Positions 63,812-64,000 of a stretch of DNA of 64,000 bases are shown here, one piece after another. Source of the DNA: an uncultured Clostridia bacterium (GTDB lineage: Bacteria; Bacillota; Clostridia; Christensenellales; CAG-917); assembly GCA_949286725.1 (NCBI GenBank), contig CASECZ010000005.1, positions 5,648-69,647 of the forward strand. Reading direction: 5' to 3'. How positions within the stretch are numbered: the first letter of the stretch is position 1; every line of letters starts with the position of its first letter. The notes under the pieces were generated by a model that was given only the letters and a program-made list of their open reading frames with translations, was not told the origin of the DNA and ran no database searches. The translations under genes were made by a program, and so were the position numbers.

Positions 63812-64000
63812 ATGGAAAGAAAAATTTTCAAGACAACAATCGGCGGCAGAGAAGTTACCGTTGAAATCGGCGCTTACTGCGGTCAGGCAAACGGCAGCTG
63901 TATCGTCCGTTGCGGCGACACCGTCGTCATGGTCAACGCCACTATGGCAAAAGAACCCCGCGAAGGAATGGATTACTTCCCCCTGAGCGTGGATTTCGAA
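63812..64000 (+). CDS. pnp: Polyribonucleotide nucleotidyltransferase (PNPase), 5' partial
   Basis: My own translation from the ATG at 63812 gives MERKIFKTTIGGREVTVEIGAYCGQANGSCIVRCGDTVVMVNATMAKEPREGMDYFPLSVDFE. GGAG RBS. The gene runs off the window. Confidence 0.9.
   Translation, partial: MERKIFKTTIGGREVTVEIGAYCGQANGSCIVRCGDTVVMVNATMAKEPREGMDYFPLSVDFE

Overview
This 64-kb window comes from a high-GC (roughly 55-60%) spore-forming Firmicute, Clostridia-like by gene content (spoIVA, a ytxC-like gene, a sigma-E-type promoter). It holds about 52 protein genes, nearly all conserved housekeeping or carbohydrate genes:
- Transport and carbohydrate use: an NSS transporter, GH3 beta-glucosidase, a GH38 alpha-mannosidase/GPH transporter/manA/fructokinase cluster, pnuC, a Na/Pi cotransporter.
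- Regulation: an ECF sigma/anti-sigma pair and a PocR-AraC regulator next to a hydrolase-membrane fusion gene.
- Core metabolism and RNA/ribosome functions: serA-serC, RNase J, DUF512-der, the UPF0237/UPF0210 pair, rdgB, hpf, pgi, rpsO-pnp.
- DNA repair, stress and secretion: dinB, galE-mcsA-mcsB-clpC, ruvCAB-queA-tgt-yajC-secDF-recJ-relA.

There are also 9 tRNA genes. The many long antisense ORFs in the track are GC-driven shadow ORFs. I found no defence, CRISPR, transposase or integrase genes.

The one region ordinary annotation does not explain is the tRNA island at 29.26-31.43 kb. Three tRNA genes (Lys-UUU, Leu-UAG, Lys-CUU) are each followed by an ORF-less insertion. Each is bounded by an exact copy of the tRNA from T-loop position C56 to CCA plus its terminator, at a repeat period of 197-203 bp.

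Two of these insertions share a 66-nt core that is 65/66 identical. That core is flanked by hairpins with compensatory changes and by a segment complementary to the cognate tRNA T-arm. I read this as either a family of miniature T-loop-targeting insertion elements or an undescribed structured RNA carrying a tRNA-derived 3' tail. The sequence alone cannot decide between these.
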